DNA from: an uncultured Bacteriovoracaceae bacterium
Lineage (GTDB): Bacteria; Desulfobacterota; Desulfomonilia; UBA1062
DNA length: 64,000 nucleotides
Assembly (NCBI GenBank): GCA_964572405.1
Contig: CAZNGL010000001.1
Location: forward strand, 11,553-75,552
Direction: 5' to 3'
Of this stretch, positions 1 to 10,159 are shown piece by piece. Made by a program: the position numbers and the translations under genes. The notes beneath the pieces were generated by a model that was not told the origin of the DNA, ran no database searches, and saw nothing but the letters and a program-made list of their open reading frames with translations. The stretch's first letter is position 1, and each line of letters begins with the position of its first letter.

Positions 1-95
1 GTGCATGCCGCACTTGCACCGGTCGATCTGACCGAGACTGAAGATCGTGGCGAGAATATCGTAGAGCGGGCCTATGATCCTGTACCTGTCACCCA
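1..95 (-). CDS. Partial CDS (N-terminus only; the gene runs off the left edge). Possible class I SAM methyltransferase (UbiE-like).
   Basis: Minus-strand ATG at 93-95 is preceded by GAGGAG. The translation MGDRYRIIGPLYDILATIFSLGQIDRCK has no stop before the window edge. The YD..A..FS.G motif resembles the UbiE/COQ5 N-terminal motif (recalled from memory). Confidence 0.3.
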
Positions 96-225
96 TGGAA
101 TGCTCCTCTTCATCCCTTGTCCGGGACCTGCCTCCCCAGCCAGAGAACGCAAATAAATATCACGACATCCACAGAGGATAGAGACAAGACCCGGAACTGT
201 CAAGGCAAATCATGTTTGCTCGTGG

Positions 226-1497
226 TCAGATGAGGTCGAGCCCGGCCCTGCGGGCCACCCTCTTCCAGAAGAACCGCTCCATGCTGAACCCTTCCCTGGC
301 CATGCCCCTCATCTCGTCCAGGAACATCCTGTCCGTCAGATCTGCCTGGAGGAACGCGGTGTGGGACGCAGCCACCAGCGGCCTCTGCGCAGCATCCCAC
401 ACGTGGGCCGGGAATGCCTTCTCCCAGGCCTGCTCCATGGCAGAGACGCGGCTGGTGATGGATGCGCGGTATGGGTGCGGCCTGAACAGGGCATTCACGT
501 GCATTGCCTCGTGCCGCCACCAGAAGGAGTCCGCGGCGAACCGCTCCCCTCCCCTGCCCGCATCTTCATATGGTGCGCCGGGCAGGAAAGGCTTGAAGGG
601 GGTCAGGCACGGGGCTGAGCCCGCGGTGACGAAGATCCTGAGGCGTCCGTCCGGGTGGATCTCCACCACCAGGGAACCCGTGGTCTGCGACATCCTGACG
701 AGGGGGTCGGCGGCGTGGAAGCACACGTCCCGGTTGACACCCGAAAGCGGCTTGTCCGAGAAGTGGCTCCGGAGCATGGCAAATGCATGGGATACCGTGA
801 ACCTGCCTCGGACCCGGTGGATCCGCTCCATGTTCCGTCGCCTCCGGTGGGCGCTCCCGGAAAAGAAGGTGATGAGCGGGTCGGAAAATGACCGCACCCT
901 GGTGCCTCTGGCCAGGGACGACCGGTCCCAGTCGTCCTCCAGGGTCAGTGCATTGGAGATGACTGCCGAATCGCCGGCGCGCTTCACGGCATAGTCCCTG
1001 CCCAGGGTCTCCAGCACCAGGATGGTTCGGCTGTCCATGACGATGAAGGAGTTCATGTAGGTGAAGTTCTTGTCCCGGTAGCCGCAGGGTCCTGCCTGGC
1101 CGTACCGCATAAGCAGGGAGGTGATGACCTCCACGGCCTCCTCCGCCGTGTCCGAGCGCTCCAGGGCCAGCCTGAGCAGGTCCATGCCGATGAGCCCCGG
1201 GGTCTTCTCCGGCCTGATCCTGGTGAACACGGCCTCGTTCCCGATGGCCACGCCCTTCTCGTTCACCCCCATCTCGGCCCCCCACATCCAGAAGGGCCTG
1301 CAGATCACGACCGCGCGGGTGGCCCTGGCCTGGGGGATGGCGATGTAGGTGCACTGCAGGAGTTCGTCCTGCTGGCAGTGCTTCCCGGGAAGACTGAGCA
1401 CGAGCTGGGTCTCGTCGGGCTCCCGGTCCGAGTTCTTGGCAAAGATGCTCACTTGGCCTGCGGTGAAGGAGGGTCCCACGGCAAAGGTGTCGCACAT
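226..1497 (-). CDS. Ntn-hydrolase peptidase, C69/secernin-like (N-terminal Cys nucleophile)
   Basis: The product begins MCDTFAV, the Met-Cys-Asp-Thr-Phe N-terminus typical of secernin/C69-type Ntn hydrolases. The ORF is 423 aa with balanced composition. Overlapping ORFs in other frames are Arg/Pro/His-rich artefacts. Confidence 0.55.
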   Translation of the reverse strand: MCDTFAVGPSFTAGQVSIFAKNSDREPDETQLVLSLPGKHCQQDELLQCTYIAIPQARATRAVVICRPFWMWGAEMGVNEKGVAIGNEAVFTRIRPEKTPGLIGMDLLRLALERSDTAEEAVEVITSLLMRYGQAGPCGYRDKNFTYMNSFIVMDSRTILVLETLGRDYAVKRAGDSAVISNALTLEDDWDRSSLARGTRVRSFSDPLITFFSGSAHRRRRNMERIHRVRGRFTVSHAFAMLRSHFSDKPLSGVNRDVCFHAADPLVRMSQTTGSLVVEIHPDGRLRIFVTAGSAPCLTPFKPFLPGAPYEDAGRGGERFAADSFWWRHEAMHVNALFRPHPYRASITSRVSAMEQAWEKAFPAHVWDAAQRPLVAASHTAFLQADLTDRMFLDEMRGMAREGFSMERFFWKRVARRAGLDLI

Positions 1498-1513
1498 ACG
1501 GCCTCCCTGAATC

Positions 1514-2272
1514 CTAGAGAACCTTGTCCAGGAAGGCCTTGACCCTGGGGTTGTCCATGCGGTCCGAGAAGACGTCCCCGGGCCTTCCCTCGAAGATGAA
1601 CCTGCCGTTGTCCATGAAGATGACCCGGTCGGCCATCTCCCGGGCGAACCCCATCTGGTGGGTGACGATGACCATGGTCATGCCCTCCTCGGCCAGGTTC
1701 TTGATCGCGCTGAACACCTCCCCCACGAGCTCCGGGTCAAGGGCCGATGTGGGCTCGTCGAAGAGCATGAGCCGGGGCCGCATGGCCAGGGACCGTGCGA
1801 TGGCCACCCGCTGCTTCTGCCCGCCGGACAGGAAGGCCGGGTAGACGTGCTGCTTGTCAAGCAGGCCCACCCTGCCCAGCAGGTCAAGGGCGACAGCCTT
1901 CGCCTCCTCCCGCGGCTGCCTCTTCACCGTGACGGGCCCCTCCATGACGTTCTGCAGCACCGTCATGTGGGGAAAGAGGTGGAAGTGCTGGAAGACCATG
2001 CCGATCTCACTGCGCAGGGCGCAGATCACCGAAGGCTTCTCCAGAACGAGCCTGCCCCTTTTGTCCCTGCGGTAACCGGACTCTCTTCCGTCGATGAGTA
2101 TCCTGCCCCCGTCGATCTTCTCGAGGAAGTTGATCATCCGGAGGAGGGTGGTCTTGCCCGAGCCGGACGGTCCGATGATGACGATCCGCTCCCCCTGGTC
2201 GATCTTCAGGTCCACCTGATCCACGGCCGTGAAATCGCCGAAGCGCTTGAGCACACCCTGCAGCTCTATCAT
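1514..2272 (-). CDS. ABC transporter ATP-binding protein (polar amino acid uptake family, GlnQ/HisP-like)
   Basis: Walker [13 protein letters not shown] signature [15 protein letters not shown], Walker [11 protein letters not shown]. It forms an operon with the permease and the substrate-binding protein. Confidence 0.9.
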   Translation of the reverse strand: MIELQGVLKRFGDFTAVDQVDLKIDQGERIVIIGPSGSGKTTLLRMINFLEKIDGGRILIDGRESGYRRDKRGRLVLEKPSVICALRSEIGMVFQHFHLFPHMTVLQNVMEGPVTVKRQPREEAKAVALDLLGRVGLLDKQHVYPAFLSGGQKQRVAIARSLAMRPRLMLFDEPTSALDPELVGEVFSAIKNLAEEGMTMVIVTHQMGFAREMADRVIFMDNGRFIFEGRPGDVFSDRMDNPRVKAFLDKVL

Positions 2273-3327
2273 CGGTTCTCATACACCCCCAGTCGGTCTT
2301 CGAGTTTCCTGAACGATACGGTGAAGATGCTCGTGAGCGCCAGGTAGACCAGCGCGGCCTGGAAGAGGATGAACACGTTGAAGGTGGCGCTGTAGATCTG
2401 GTTGGCCGCACGCATGAGCTCCACCATGGCGATGGTGGAGACCAGGGCCGTGTCCTTTATGAGCGCGATGAACTCGTTGCCCACGGGCGGCACGAGGCGC
2501 TTGTAGGTCTGGGGGATGATGACCCTGCGCATGGCCTGCCAGTGGGTCATGCCCAGGGACTTGGCGGCCTCCATCTGGCCCGCTTCAATGCTCTCGATGG
2601 CGCCCCGCATGATCTCGGCCAGGTAGGCCGAGTAGTTGAGCCCGAGTCCCAGCACGGCAGCGGGAAAGGGATCCAGGGTGACGCCCAGGGACGGCAGCCC
2701 GTAGTAGATGAAGAAGAGCTGGAGCAGCAGCGGCGTGCCCCGGAAGATCCAGATGTAGCACCAGAAGAACCCGGAGAGCATCTTCATGCGGCTGATCCGG
2801 CCAAGGGCGATGAAGAGGCCTCCCACGGGCGAAATGAGCATGGTGATGAGCACCAGGACGAGCGTCATGCCCGTTGCCTTCACCAGGGTGGGCATGAAGA
2901 CCTTCATGTCCTTGAGAAACCTGATCCACCTGGGCGTCTGAGTGGCCTGGATCTCGCCGAGAAGGTTCCTGGCCTCAAGGTTGTCGGGCAGCAGGGCCAG
3001 GACCTCATGGCACAGCGCGGAAGCGGCTGCATAGTCCTCCGTGCTCAGGAGGATCTTTGCGGCCTCGACCCGTGACCGGACAAAGACACCCGCATCCTCA
3101 CCGCGCTGAGGCGCCGGGATCGACATGAACACCTTCACCGCGTCGTCCAGCCGGTCCTCCTGGACCAGGGCGGTGGCCTCTGCCAGCAGCTCGTACTGGT
3201 CGGCGGGCTCGGCGGCACCGGCCCGCGAGGCGGTGATGGAGAGGATGAGGAGCAGGAGGCCCAGCGCCCAGGAACGTGCGCAGGGCCTCCCGGTGCCGAT
3301 GACGCTACTTCCAGGACGTGATGTCAT
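2269..3327 (-). CDS. Amino acid ABC transporter permease (HisM/GlnP family) with a ~130-aa N-terminal signal/TPR-like periplasmic extension
   Basis: The C-terminal ~220 aa carries the permease EAA-like region ([16 protein letters not shown]). The N-terminus has a hydrophobic segment [18 protein letters not shown] followed by a helical Ala/Leu-rich segment. It overlaps the ATPase gene by 4 nt. Confidence 0.8.
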   Translation of the reverse strand: MTSRPGSSVIGTGRPCARSWALGLLLLILSITASRAGAAEPADQYELLAEATALVQEDRLDDAVKVFMSIPAPQRGEDAGVFVRSRVEAAKILLSTEDYAAASALCHEVLALLPDNLEARNLLGEIQATQTPRWIRFLKDMKVFMPTLVKATGMTLVLVLITMLISPVGGLFIALGRISRMKMLSGFFWCYIWIFRGTPLLLQLFFIYYGLPSLGVTLDPFPAAVLGLGLNYSAYLAEIMRGAIESIEAGQMEAAKSLGMTHWQAMRRVIIPQTYKRLVPPVGNEFIALIKDTALVSTIAMVELMRAANQIYSATFNVFILFQAALVYLALTSIFTVSFRKLEDRLGVYENR

Positions 3328-4102
3328 CCCCGAACCACTTGACGGAGATCTTCTTCATGGTGCCGTCCTTGAACATGCCGTCCAGTGCCTGTTGGATCTT
3401 GTCCTTCAGCTCTCCATCCTCCTTCCTGATGCCGATGCCGATGGGCTCGGAGAGAAGCTCTTCCCTGAGCACAGTGTACTCGCCGGGCTTGGTGGAGAGG
3501 TAGTAGCGCCCCACGAGCTCGTCCACGGCCAGGGCGTCGATCCTGCCGATCTTGAGGTCCATGAAGGCGTCCGTGTTCTTGTCGTACTTCTTGATCTCCT
3601 TGAACTTCCTGTTCAACTTTGCCAGGGCCTCCTCGGAGGTGGAGCCGAGCTGCACGCCCACCACGGTTGCCTCGCCGAGATCCTTGAGCCCTTTGATCTT
3701 CGTGCCGCCCTTCTTCACCACCACCACCTGCTTCTCCATGATGTAAGGCCTGGTGAAGGCGATCTCCTTCTCGCGCTCGGCCGTTATGGACATGCCGGAC
3801 CACACGATGTCGAACTTCTTGCTCTTGAGCGACAGAACCACGGTGTCCCACACGGTGGGGATGTGCTCCGCCTTGATGCCCAGGCGTTTTGCCAGCTCCC
3901 TGGACGCGTCGATGTCGAACCCCACGAGCTCGTTCTTCTCGTTGCGGAACTCCATGGGCGGGAAGGCGTCGTCGATGCCGATGGTGAGCTTGCCCGCCTT
4001 CTTGACCCGCTCCCAGGAGCCGTCGCCCGCGGCGTTTGCGTTCACGGTGAACACGATGGCCAGGACGGTCATGACCACAACAGTCAACAGGTTCTTCTTC
4101 AT
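3305..4102 (-). CDS. Amino acid ABC transporter substrate-binding protein (periplasmic, family 3)
   Basis: Signal peptide MKKNLLTVVVMTVLAIVFTVNANA. Downstream motifs are typical of polar amino acid SBPs (LTIGIDDAFPPMEF, DIVWSGMSIT). The start was chosen at an internal ATG with a signal peptide rather than the track start. Confidence 0.85.
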   Translation of the reverse strand: MKKNLLTVVVMTVLAIVFTVNANAAGDGSWERVKKAGKLTIGIDDAFPPMEFRNEKNELVGFDIDASRELAKRLGIKAEHIPTVWDTVVLSLKSKKFDIVWSGMSITAEREKEIAFTRPYIMEKQVVVVKKGGTKIKGLKDLGEATVVGVQLGSTSEEALAKLNRKFKEIKKYDKNTDAFMDLKIGRIDALAVDELVGRYYLSTKPGEYTVLREELLSEPIGIGIRKEDGELKDKIQQALDGMFKDGTMKKISVKWFGDDITSWK

Positions 4103-4232
4103 TGCGGATTCCCCCTCGAAATGGATGGATTGGAAAGCGCCCACCATCTTACCAGAAACGGGGTGAAAAACAACCGTGCGGTTGGTCTGTTCATCCCCTG
4201 CGGCCCCGGAGATCGCCCCCCTGACTGGGAAC

Positions 4233-5279
4233 TCACGGGAGCACGATGATCCGTCCGGGGTCGCGGGCGGAGATCTCTCCCATGACCGCTGCTTCAGTGA
4301 TGCCCCGTGCGTGAAGCTGGGAGACGATACCCTCCGCCTGGTTCGCCGGGATGGCGATGAGCAGACCGCCCGAGGTCTGCGGGTCGTAGAGCGCCATCCT
4401 GAGGTCGTCGCCCACGCCCTGGCTCACCTCCACCATGGCTTTGCGGAAGCCCTCGTTCCGGTACGCGCCGGCAGGGATGAGCCCCATGCCCGCATACTCG
4501 ATCGCCTCCGGGAAGATCGGGACCCGCGACGAGAAGATGCGCATGCCCACGCCGGTACCCTCGATCATCTCGCAGGCATGACCCAGGAGCCCGAAGCCAG
4601 TGATGTCGGTGCAGGCATGCACGTCGTAGCCCGCCATGACCTCGGCGGGGATGCGGTTCAGCATCTTCATGGAGGAGACGACCTTCTGCTCCACCGCGGG
4701 GTCGGCCATCTCCCCCTTGACGGCGGTGGCGATGATGCCCGTGCCCAGGGGCTTGGTGAGGACAAGTGCGTCACCGGGCCTTGCCCCTGTGTTCTTCAGC
4801 ACCTTCTCCGGGTGCACCATGCCGGTGACGGACAGGCCGTACTTGATCTCCCTGTCCTCCACGCTGTGGCCTCCCACCAGCAGGACCCCGGCCTCCACCA
4901 TCTTGTCCATGCCGCCACGCAGGACGGATTCAAGCACGGAGATGTCCATCTCCTTCACCGGAAAGCAGATGATGTTCATGGCGAGCTTCGGAACACCGCC
5001 CATGGCGTACACGTCGCTCAGGGCGTTGACCACGGCGATCTGGCCGAAGTCGTAGGGGTCGTCCACGATGGGCGTGAAGAAGTCCAGGGTGAGGATCAGG
5101 GCCAGTTCGTCCGAGACGCGGTACACCCCGGCGTCGTCCGGCCGGTCCATGCCCACCAGAAGGTTCGCATCGTGCATGACCGGGATGGAGCGCAGTGCCT
5201 GGTCCAGAACCTCCGGACCGATCTTGCAGGCTCAGCCTGCTCCGCTCACCGTTGTCGTCAGACGGATCTTGCTGTCCAT
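4233..5279 (-). CDS. selD: Selenide, water dikinase SelD (selenophosphate synthetase). A selenoprotein with an in-frame UGA (Sec) at codon 16.
   Basis: Translating the minus strand from ATG at 5277-5279 gives MDSKIRLTTTVSGAG-U-ACKIGPEVLDQAL..., with TGA at 5232-5234 in frame. This matches the conserved SelD N-terminal GxG(C/U)xCK motif. The track ORF (4233..5177) starts at a downstream Met and misses the N-terminus. Confidence 0.85.
5198..5231 (-). other. Candidate bacterial SECIS stem-loop immediately 3' of the selD UGA
   Basis: The mRNA after the UGA reads GCCUGCAAGAUC-GGUCCGG-AGGUU-CUGGACC. The stem GGUCC/GGACC (extendable) starts ~12 nt after the UGA and has a GGUU-containing apical loop, as expected for a bacterial SECIS. 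Confidence 0.4.
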
Positions 5280-5370
5280 GCATCCCCTTATACCTCATAC
5301 CTTTGAAGAATTCAAAATATGCATTCTTGTCATTGACCACAGCTCACGGCCGCGGGTAGAATGCAGGTTC

Positions 5371-6297
5371 ATGAACCGGGATACATTCAAATTCATCACC
5401 CTCCAGCAGCTGGAGGCCTTTGCCCGGCTCGTGGAGGAGCGGAGCTTCTCGGAAGCCGCCAGGCGGATGCTCCTCACCCAGCCCTCGCTGAGCAAGCACA
5501 TCAGGAACCTGGAGGACCTCGCCGGCTGCATCCTCGTCACCCGGAACAGGACCGGCGTCAGCCTGACGCCCGAGGGTTCCATCCTGTACGGGTATGCCAG
5601 GCGCATCCTGAGGCTTCGCGACGAGGCCCGGGAAAAGATAGAGCTTGCCAGGGAATCGGTTTCCGGACAGGTCTTCGCCGCCGCCAGCACCATCCCCGCA
5701 ACCTACCTCCTCCCCCCGGTGCTCACCGTGCTGCACAGGAACCACCCCGACATCAAGGTCCATGTAACCACGGGAGACACGGACAGCGTCATCCACATGG
5801 TCCTGGCCGGCCAGGCAGAGCTCGGTTTCATCGGCAGCCCGGTCCAGGACAGGAGGCTTATGAGCGAACCTGTCTGGGACGACGAACTCGTCTGCGTGGT
5901 CCATGCCGGACACCCCTGGGCCGCCTCCGGCGAGGCCGGCATGGCCGAACTCCTCCAGGAACCCTTCGTGGTCAGGGAAAAGGGCTCAGGCACGCGGGCC
6001 GTATTCGAACGGCACCTCCAGGCAGCCCATGCCAAGGGGCTCGAACGTTTGCACGTGGTGAGCGAGATGGGCTCCAGCGAGGCGGTGAAGGAGGCGGTCA
6101 TTGCCGGGCTCGGTGTCTCGTTCCTGTCCATCCACGCGGTGCGCCGCGAGATCGAGATGGGCATCCTGGTTCGGATCCGGATCCGCGGCATGGAGATCCG
6201 GCGCCCCTTTCACCTGATCCGGAAGCGGCAGCAGACCCTGCTGGTGCACCAGCAGCTGTTCGTGGACGCGGCAAAGGCATACCGCCCCCTGGCATAA
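5371..6297 (+). CDS. LysR-family transcriptional regulator (divergent from selD)
   Basis: N-terminal HTH region FITLQQLEAFARLVEERSFSEAARRMLLTQPSLSKHIRNLE, followed by a LysR substrate-binding domain. The start was set at ATG 5371 (MNRDTF...). The upstream part of the track ORF is out-of-frame junk. Confidence 0.85.
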   Translation: MNRDTFKFITLQQLEAFARLVEERSFSEAARRMLLTQPSLSKHIRNLEDLAGCILVTRNRTGVSLTPEGSILYGYARRILRLRDEAREKIELARESVSGQVFAAASTIPATYLLPPVLTVLHRNHPDIKVHVTTGDTDSVIHMVLAGQAELGFIGSPVQDRRLMSEPVWDDELVCVVHAGHPWAASGEAGMAELLQEPFVVREKGSGTRAVFERHLQAAHAKGLERLHVVSEMGSSEAVKEAVIAGLGVSFLSIHAVRREIEMGILVRIRIRGMEIRRPFHLIRKRQQTLLVHQQLFVDAAKAYRPLA

Positions 6298-6440
6298 CTG
6301 CCGCAACAGGCTGTATTGCCAAGGGATTACTCATTATTTCCACCAGCCACCATCGGAGTATTTTCCCCTTCCCGAAAGCCCGGGTATCTGGTAAGAGAAG
6401 CCGCAAAACAGTACAATCCCACATATAAGGTGAAACCCCT

Positions 6441-7592
6441 ATGTCCCCAGATACCATCCATGTCGACTACCAGGAACTCAAGCGGTTCATGAAAGAGGGC
6501 TTCATGGCCATGGGGGTGCCCGAGGCCGATGCGAAGACCTGCTCCGAGGTGCTCATCGAGTCAGACCTGCGGGGGATCAAGTCCCACGGCATCGGCAGGT
6601 TCAAGATGTACATCGACCGCATGAAGGACGGCATCATCAGCCCCGTCTCCAGACAGACCGTCATCAGCGAGACCGAGAACACTGCGGTCATCGACGGGGG
6701 TGACAGCCTGGGCCACGTGGTGGCCAAACACGCCATGCAGCTCGCCATCGACAAGGCAAGACAGCACAACATCGGCATGGTGGCGGTGAGGAACAGCACC
6801 CACTTCGGGATCTGCGGCTACTACCCCTCCATGGCGGTGGCGAACAACATGGTGGGGCTGGCCTTTTCCAACGCCAGGCCGTCCGTGGCGCCGACCTTCG
6901 GGGTGGAACCGGTGCTGGGCACCAACCCCATCAGCTTCGGCGCCCCGTCCGACGAGGTCTACCCCTTCCTCCTGGACATCGCCACCTCCACCACCCAGCG
7001 GGGCAAGATCGAGGTCTATGCCCGCGAGGGTGCTCCCACGCCCAGGGGTCTCACCATCGACCTGCACGGCAACGAGCCCACGGACAGCAAGGCCCTGCTC
7101 AGGATGTTCGTGGACGGCACGGCGTCCCTGCTGCCGCTGGGCGGAGCAGGCGAGGAGCTTGGCGGCCACAAGGGCTACGGCCTGAACGTCATGGTGGAGA
7201 TCCTCTGCGCCGCATTCTCCGGAGGGAGCTTCGGCAAGGCCCTGAGCGGCATGGAGGGGGAGAAGCATATCCCGCACCGGCTCGGCCACTTCTTCGCGGC
7301 CGTCAATATCGAGAGTTTCGTTCCCATCGGGGTCTTCAAGGCCATCACCGGGGCCATCATGCGCGAGATCAGGTCGTCAAGGAAGGCGCCGGGCCACGAC
7401 CGGATCTTCCTGGCAGGGGAGAAGGAGTTCGAGATGATCGAGCGCCGCAGGCAGGAGGGCGTGCCGGTCAACAAGTCTCTCCAGGACATCATGATCGAAC
7501 TCAAGAGAGAGCTGGGGCTCGGGAGCTTCAACTTCCCTTTTTTCGCACATGAACACCATGCCCTACAGGGCGTTCAGCGCCTTTCTGCGTGA
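6441..7592 (+). CDS. Malate/L-lactate dehydrogenase family 2 (Ldh_2) oxidoreductase
   Basis: 383-aa product with Ldh_2-family hallmarks (IKSHGIGRFKMY, HFGICGYY, HKGYGLNVMVE) and balanced composition. Confidence 0.75.
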   Translation: MSPDTIHVDYQELKRFMKEGFMAMGVPEADAKTCSEVLIESDLRGIKSHGIGRFKMYIDRMKDGIISPVSRQTVISETENTAVIDGGDSLGHVVAKHAMQLAIDKARQHNIGMVAVRNSTHFGICGYYPSMAVANNMVGLAFSNARPSVAPTFGVEPVLGTNPISFGAPSDEVYPFLLDIATSTTQRGKIEVYAREGAPTPRGLTIDLHGNEPTDSKALLRMFVDGTASLLPLGGAGEELGGHKGYGLNVMVEILCAAFSGGSFGKALSGMEGEKHIPHRLGHFFAAVNIESFVPIGVFKAITGAIMREIRSSRKAPGHDRIFLAGEKEFEMIERRRQEGVPVNKSLQDIMIELKRELGLGSFNFPFFAHEHHALQGVQRLSA

Positions 7593-8460
7593 ACGTTTCG
7601 GCACGCGGGTCCGGAAGATCACCATTGACGCGGGCCTGACGTGCCCGCACAGGGACTCGGACCGGGGCGGCGGCTGCATCTACTGCAACTCCCTGGGCTC
7701 CGGCACCGGCGCAGCAGCCCGCGGCATGGGCGTACAGGACCAGATCGACGCCCGGATCCGGGCCGTGCGGCAGCGACATCACACAGGCGCCTTCGTCGCC
7801 TACTTCCAGTCCTTCTCCAACACGTACGCCCCGGTCCACGTCCTGAAGCCCCTCTACGACACCGTACTGCCCTACCCCGAGATCGTGGGCCTTGCCATCG
7901 GCACCCGGCCGGACTGCATCGATCAGGAGCGGCTCGACCTTATCGCAGGCTATGCGGACACACGCCTGGTCTGGATGGAGTACGGCCTGCAGTCCGGCAA
8001 CGACGAGACGCTGAAACGCATCAACCGGGGCCACGACGTGCAGGCCTTCGTGGACGCGGTGAACCTCACCGCAGGCTACCCGCTGCGCCAGTGCGCCCAT
8101 GTCATCCTGGGCCTGCCCGGCGAGGGTATGGAGGACTATGAGCGCACCGCGGGCCTGGTGAGCTCGCTTCCAGTGACGGACATCAAGATCCACCTCCTCT
8201 ACGTTGTCAGGGGAACGCCCCTGGAAGAGATGCTCAAACAGGGGGAATACCTGCCCCCCGGCATGAAGGACTATGCGCAGGCAGTGGCCCGCTTCATCGG
8301 ACTGCTCCGGGAGGACATCGTGGTCCAGCGCATCACCGGCGACCCGCACAGGGACGAGCTGGTGGAGCCGGGCTGGGCCCTGGACAAGGCCGCGGTGCGC
8401 GCCGCAATCCTGCGGGAGATGGCCGAGCGCGGCATCACCCAGGGCTCGCTGAGGGCATAG
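7549..8460 (+). CDS. Radical SAM protein, TIGR01212 (YhcC-like) family
   Basis: Motif GLTCPHRDSDRGGGCIYC is the TIGR01212-type Cys cluster. Size is ~300 aa. It overlaps the Ldh_2 3' end by ~40 nt; the alternative start is MPYRAF at 7558. Confidence 0.7.
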   Translation: MNTMPYRAFSAFLRERFGTRVRKITIDAGLTCPHRDSDRGGGCIYCNSLGSGTGAAARGMGVQDQIDARIRAVRQRHHTGAFVAYFQSFSNTYAPVHVLKPLYDTVLPYPEIVGLAIGTRPDCIDQERLDLIAGYADTRLVWMEYGLQSGNDETLKRINRGHDVQAFVDAVNLTAGYPLRQCAHVILGLPGEGMEDYERTAGLVSSLPVTDIKIHLLYVVRGTPLEEMLKQGEYLPPGMKDYAQAVARFIGLLREDIVVQRITGDPHRDELVEPGWALDKAAVRAAILREMAERGITQGSLRA

Positions 8461-8463
8461 ACC

Positions 8464-9411
8464 ATGAAGGCGTACGGCATGGAGTTCGCTAAAGGACTGT
8501 TCCTGGCCCCCCTGTCGGGCTACACGGACTGGCCCCTGCGCATGCTGTGCCGGGAGTTCGGCGCCGAGCTCTGCTACACCGAGATGATCAGCGCCGCGGG
8601 CCTGATACGCAACTCGAAGAACTCGCGGGCCCTGCTCGTGCGGCCTCAAGGCGATGCACCGCTCATCGCCCAGATCTCCACCAACTCGCCCCGGGACGCG
8701 GCCGAGGCTGCCGGGATCCTGCAGGATGCGGGCTTCGACGGCATCGACATCAACATGGGGTGCCCGGTGAAGAAGGTGGCCTCCAAGGGCGCCGGCGTGG
8801 CACTCATGACGGACCCCGACCTGGCCCTGCGCATCACCGGTGCGGTGATCAGCGCCGTGTCGGTCCCGGTGAGCGTCAAGATGCGCGCCGGGTGGGACAC
8901 GACCCGCCTGAACGCGGCCGAGCTGGCCGAATCGCTCGAATTCGCGGGCATCACCGCGGTCATCCTCCACCCCAGGACTCGGGGCGACATGTACCGGGGC
9001 ACCCCGCGGTGGGAGGTGTTCCGGGAGGTGAAGGAACGGGTGCGGGTCCCGGTGGTGGCCAGCGGGGACATCCGCTCCACCGACGACATCCGGTTCCTCG
9101 AGGGACTACATGCCGACGCCTGCATGATCGGCCGCGGCGCCATCGGAAGGCCCTGGATCTTCCGGGAGCTCGCAGGCGGTCAAGCGCCTGCGCCCCTGGA
9201 GCGGCGGGCCATCATGCTGAAGCACCTGGACTGGCTCTGCACCTGCCACGGCTCCAGGACCGGGGTGCTGCACATGCGGAAGTTCATCACCGGCTATGTC
9301 AGGGGCATGCGGGGCGCTGCGCACTTCCGCCAGGAGGCATGCCTGTTGGACAGCCCTGCCCTGGTTCAGGAGAGGATCAACGAGTTCTTCGACCAGGCGG
9401 AGCAGGAATAA
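8464..9411 (+). CDS. tRNA-dihydrouridine synthase (Dus family)
   Basis: Motifs LAPLSGYTDWPLRML, DINMGCPVKKV and KMRAGWD place it in the Dus family. Confidence 0.85.
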   Translation: MKAYGMEFAKGLFLAPLSGYTDWPLRMLCREFGAELCYTEMISAAGLIRNSKNSRALLVRPQGDAPLIAQISTNSPRDAAEAAGILQDAGFDGIDINMGCPVKKVASKGAGVALMTDPDLALRITGAVISAVSVPVSVKMRAGWDTTRLNAAELAESLEFAGITAVILHPRTRGDMYRGTPRWEVFREVKERVRVPVVASGDIRSTDDIRFLEGLHADACMIGRGAIGRPWIFRELAGGQAPAPLERRAIMLKHLDWLCTCHGSRTGVLHMRKFITGYVRGMRGAAHFRQEACLLDSPALVQERINEFFDQAEQE

Positions 9412-9515
9412 CAGAAAGAATCCACACTCCAGCCGGATCATCTCCGAAGGCACCTGCCCTGCTCCCCTCTCAGCTCCATTGCCTTTCCCGCACCTTCACG
9501 GTACAATATCCACCC

Positions 9516-10109
9516 ATGGCATCCATAACCATCGGCACCAACCCCCGCATCGAGGCGGAGTACGAGGACAAAGGCTCGGACGTCTGCGCCGTGCTCACCC
9601 ACCCCCACTCCCTCATGGGCGGCTCCATGCACAACAACGTGGTCATGGCGGCCTGGCGGGTCTGCCTGGACAGGGGGCTGTCCGTCATCCGGTTCAACTT
9701 CCGGGGCGTGGGCCGGAGCACCGGCGCCTTCGACGAGGGCAACGGCGAGATGGACGACCTGGGTGCGGTCATGGACCATGTGAAGACGCCCGTGATCATC
9801 ATCGGCTACTCCTTCGGCGCATGGGTGGCGGCCCGGCTCATGAAGCGCTCCCGCACACCCAGCCCCTGCGTCTACGTGTCGCCGCCCACCGCCATGTTCA
9901 CGTTCCCCTCCCTGAGAGGAGACGTCGCGTGGGCCGTGACCGGCAGCGACGACCAGTTCTGCAGCATCGAACTCCTGGAAGGGGTGATGGAAAAGGACCG
10001 CATCACCGTGGTCAGGGGCGTGGACCACTTCTGGTTCGGCGACGAGGGGTCGCTGGAGGAGTACCTGCACGACCACCTCGACATCATCACGAGCGCCGCC
10101 TCTGGATAA
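9516..10109 (+). CDS. Small alpha/beta hydrolase-fold protein
   Basis: 197 aa with the nucleophile-elbow motif IIGYSFGAW (GxSxG) and a conserved His near the C-terminus. Internal ATG 9516 was chosen; the upstream part of the track ORF is an artefact. Confidence 0.55.
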   Translation: MASITIGTNPRIEAEYEDKGSDVCAVLTHPHSLMGGSMHNNVVMAAWRVCLDRGLSVIRFNFRGVGRSTGAFDEGNGEMDDLGAVMDHVKTPVIIIGYSFGAWVAARLMKRSRTPSPCVYVSPPTAMFTFPSLRGDVAWAVTGSDDQFCSIELLEGVMEKDRITVVRGVDHFWFGDEGSLEEYLHDHLDIITSAASG

Positions 10110-10159
10110 CCATTTTTTCCCTTTACTTGTCCCGTCACCCCGGCTTACCTTCTGAGCCC

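Noticed and set aside
566-1495. 309-aa minus-strand ORF overlapping the peptidase gene in another frame
   Set aside because: Arg/Gly/Pro/His-rich low-complexity translation typical of off-frame ORFs in high-GC DNA. The overlapping 423-aa frame has a real protein-like sequence.
6298-6440. Possible sigma70 promoter (TACAAT at ~6412) upstream of the Ldh_2 gene
   Set aside because: The -35 match is poor (TGGTAA). Too weak to call without TSS data.
7528-8970. 480-aa minus-strand ORF antisense to the radical SAM and Dus genes
   Set aside because: Antisense high-GC artefact (HRGRG/PGRV-type composition, no motifs). Both sense genes carry clear family signatures.
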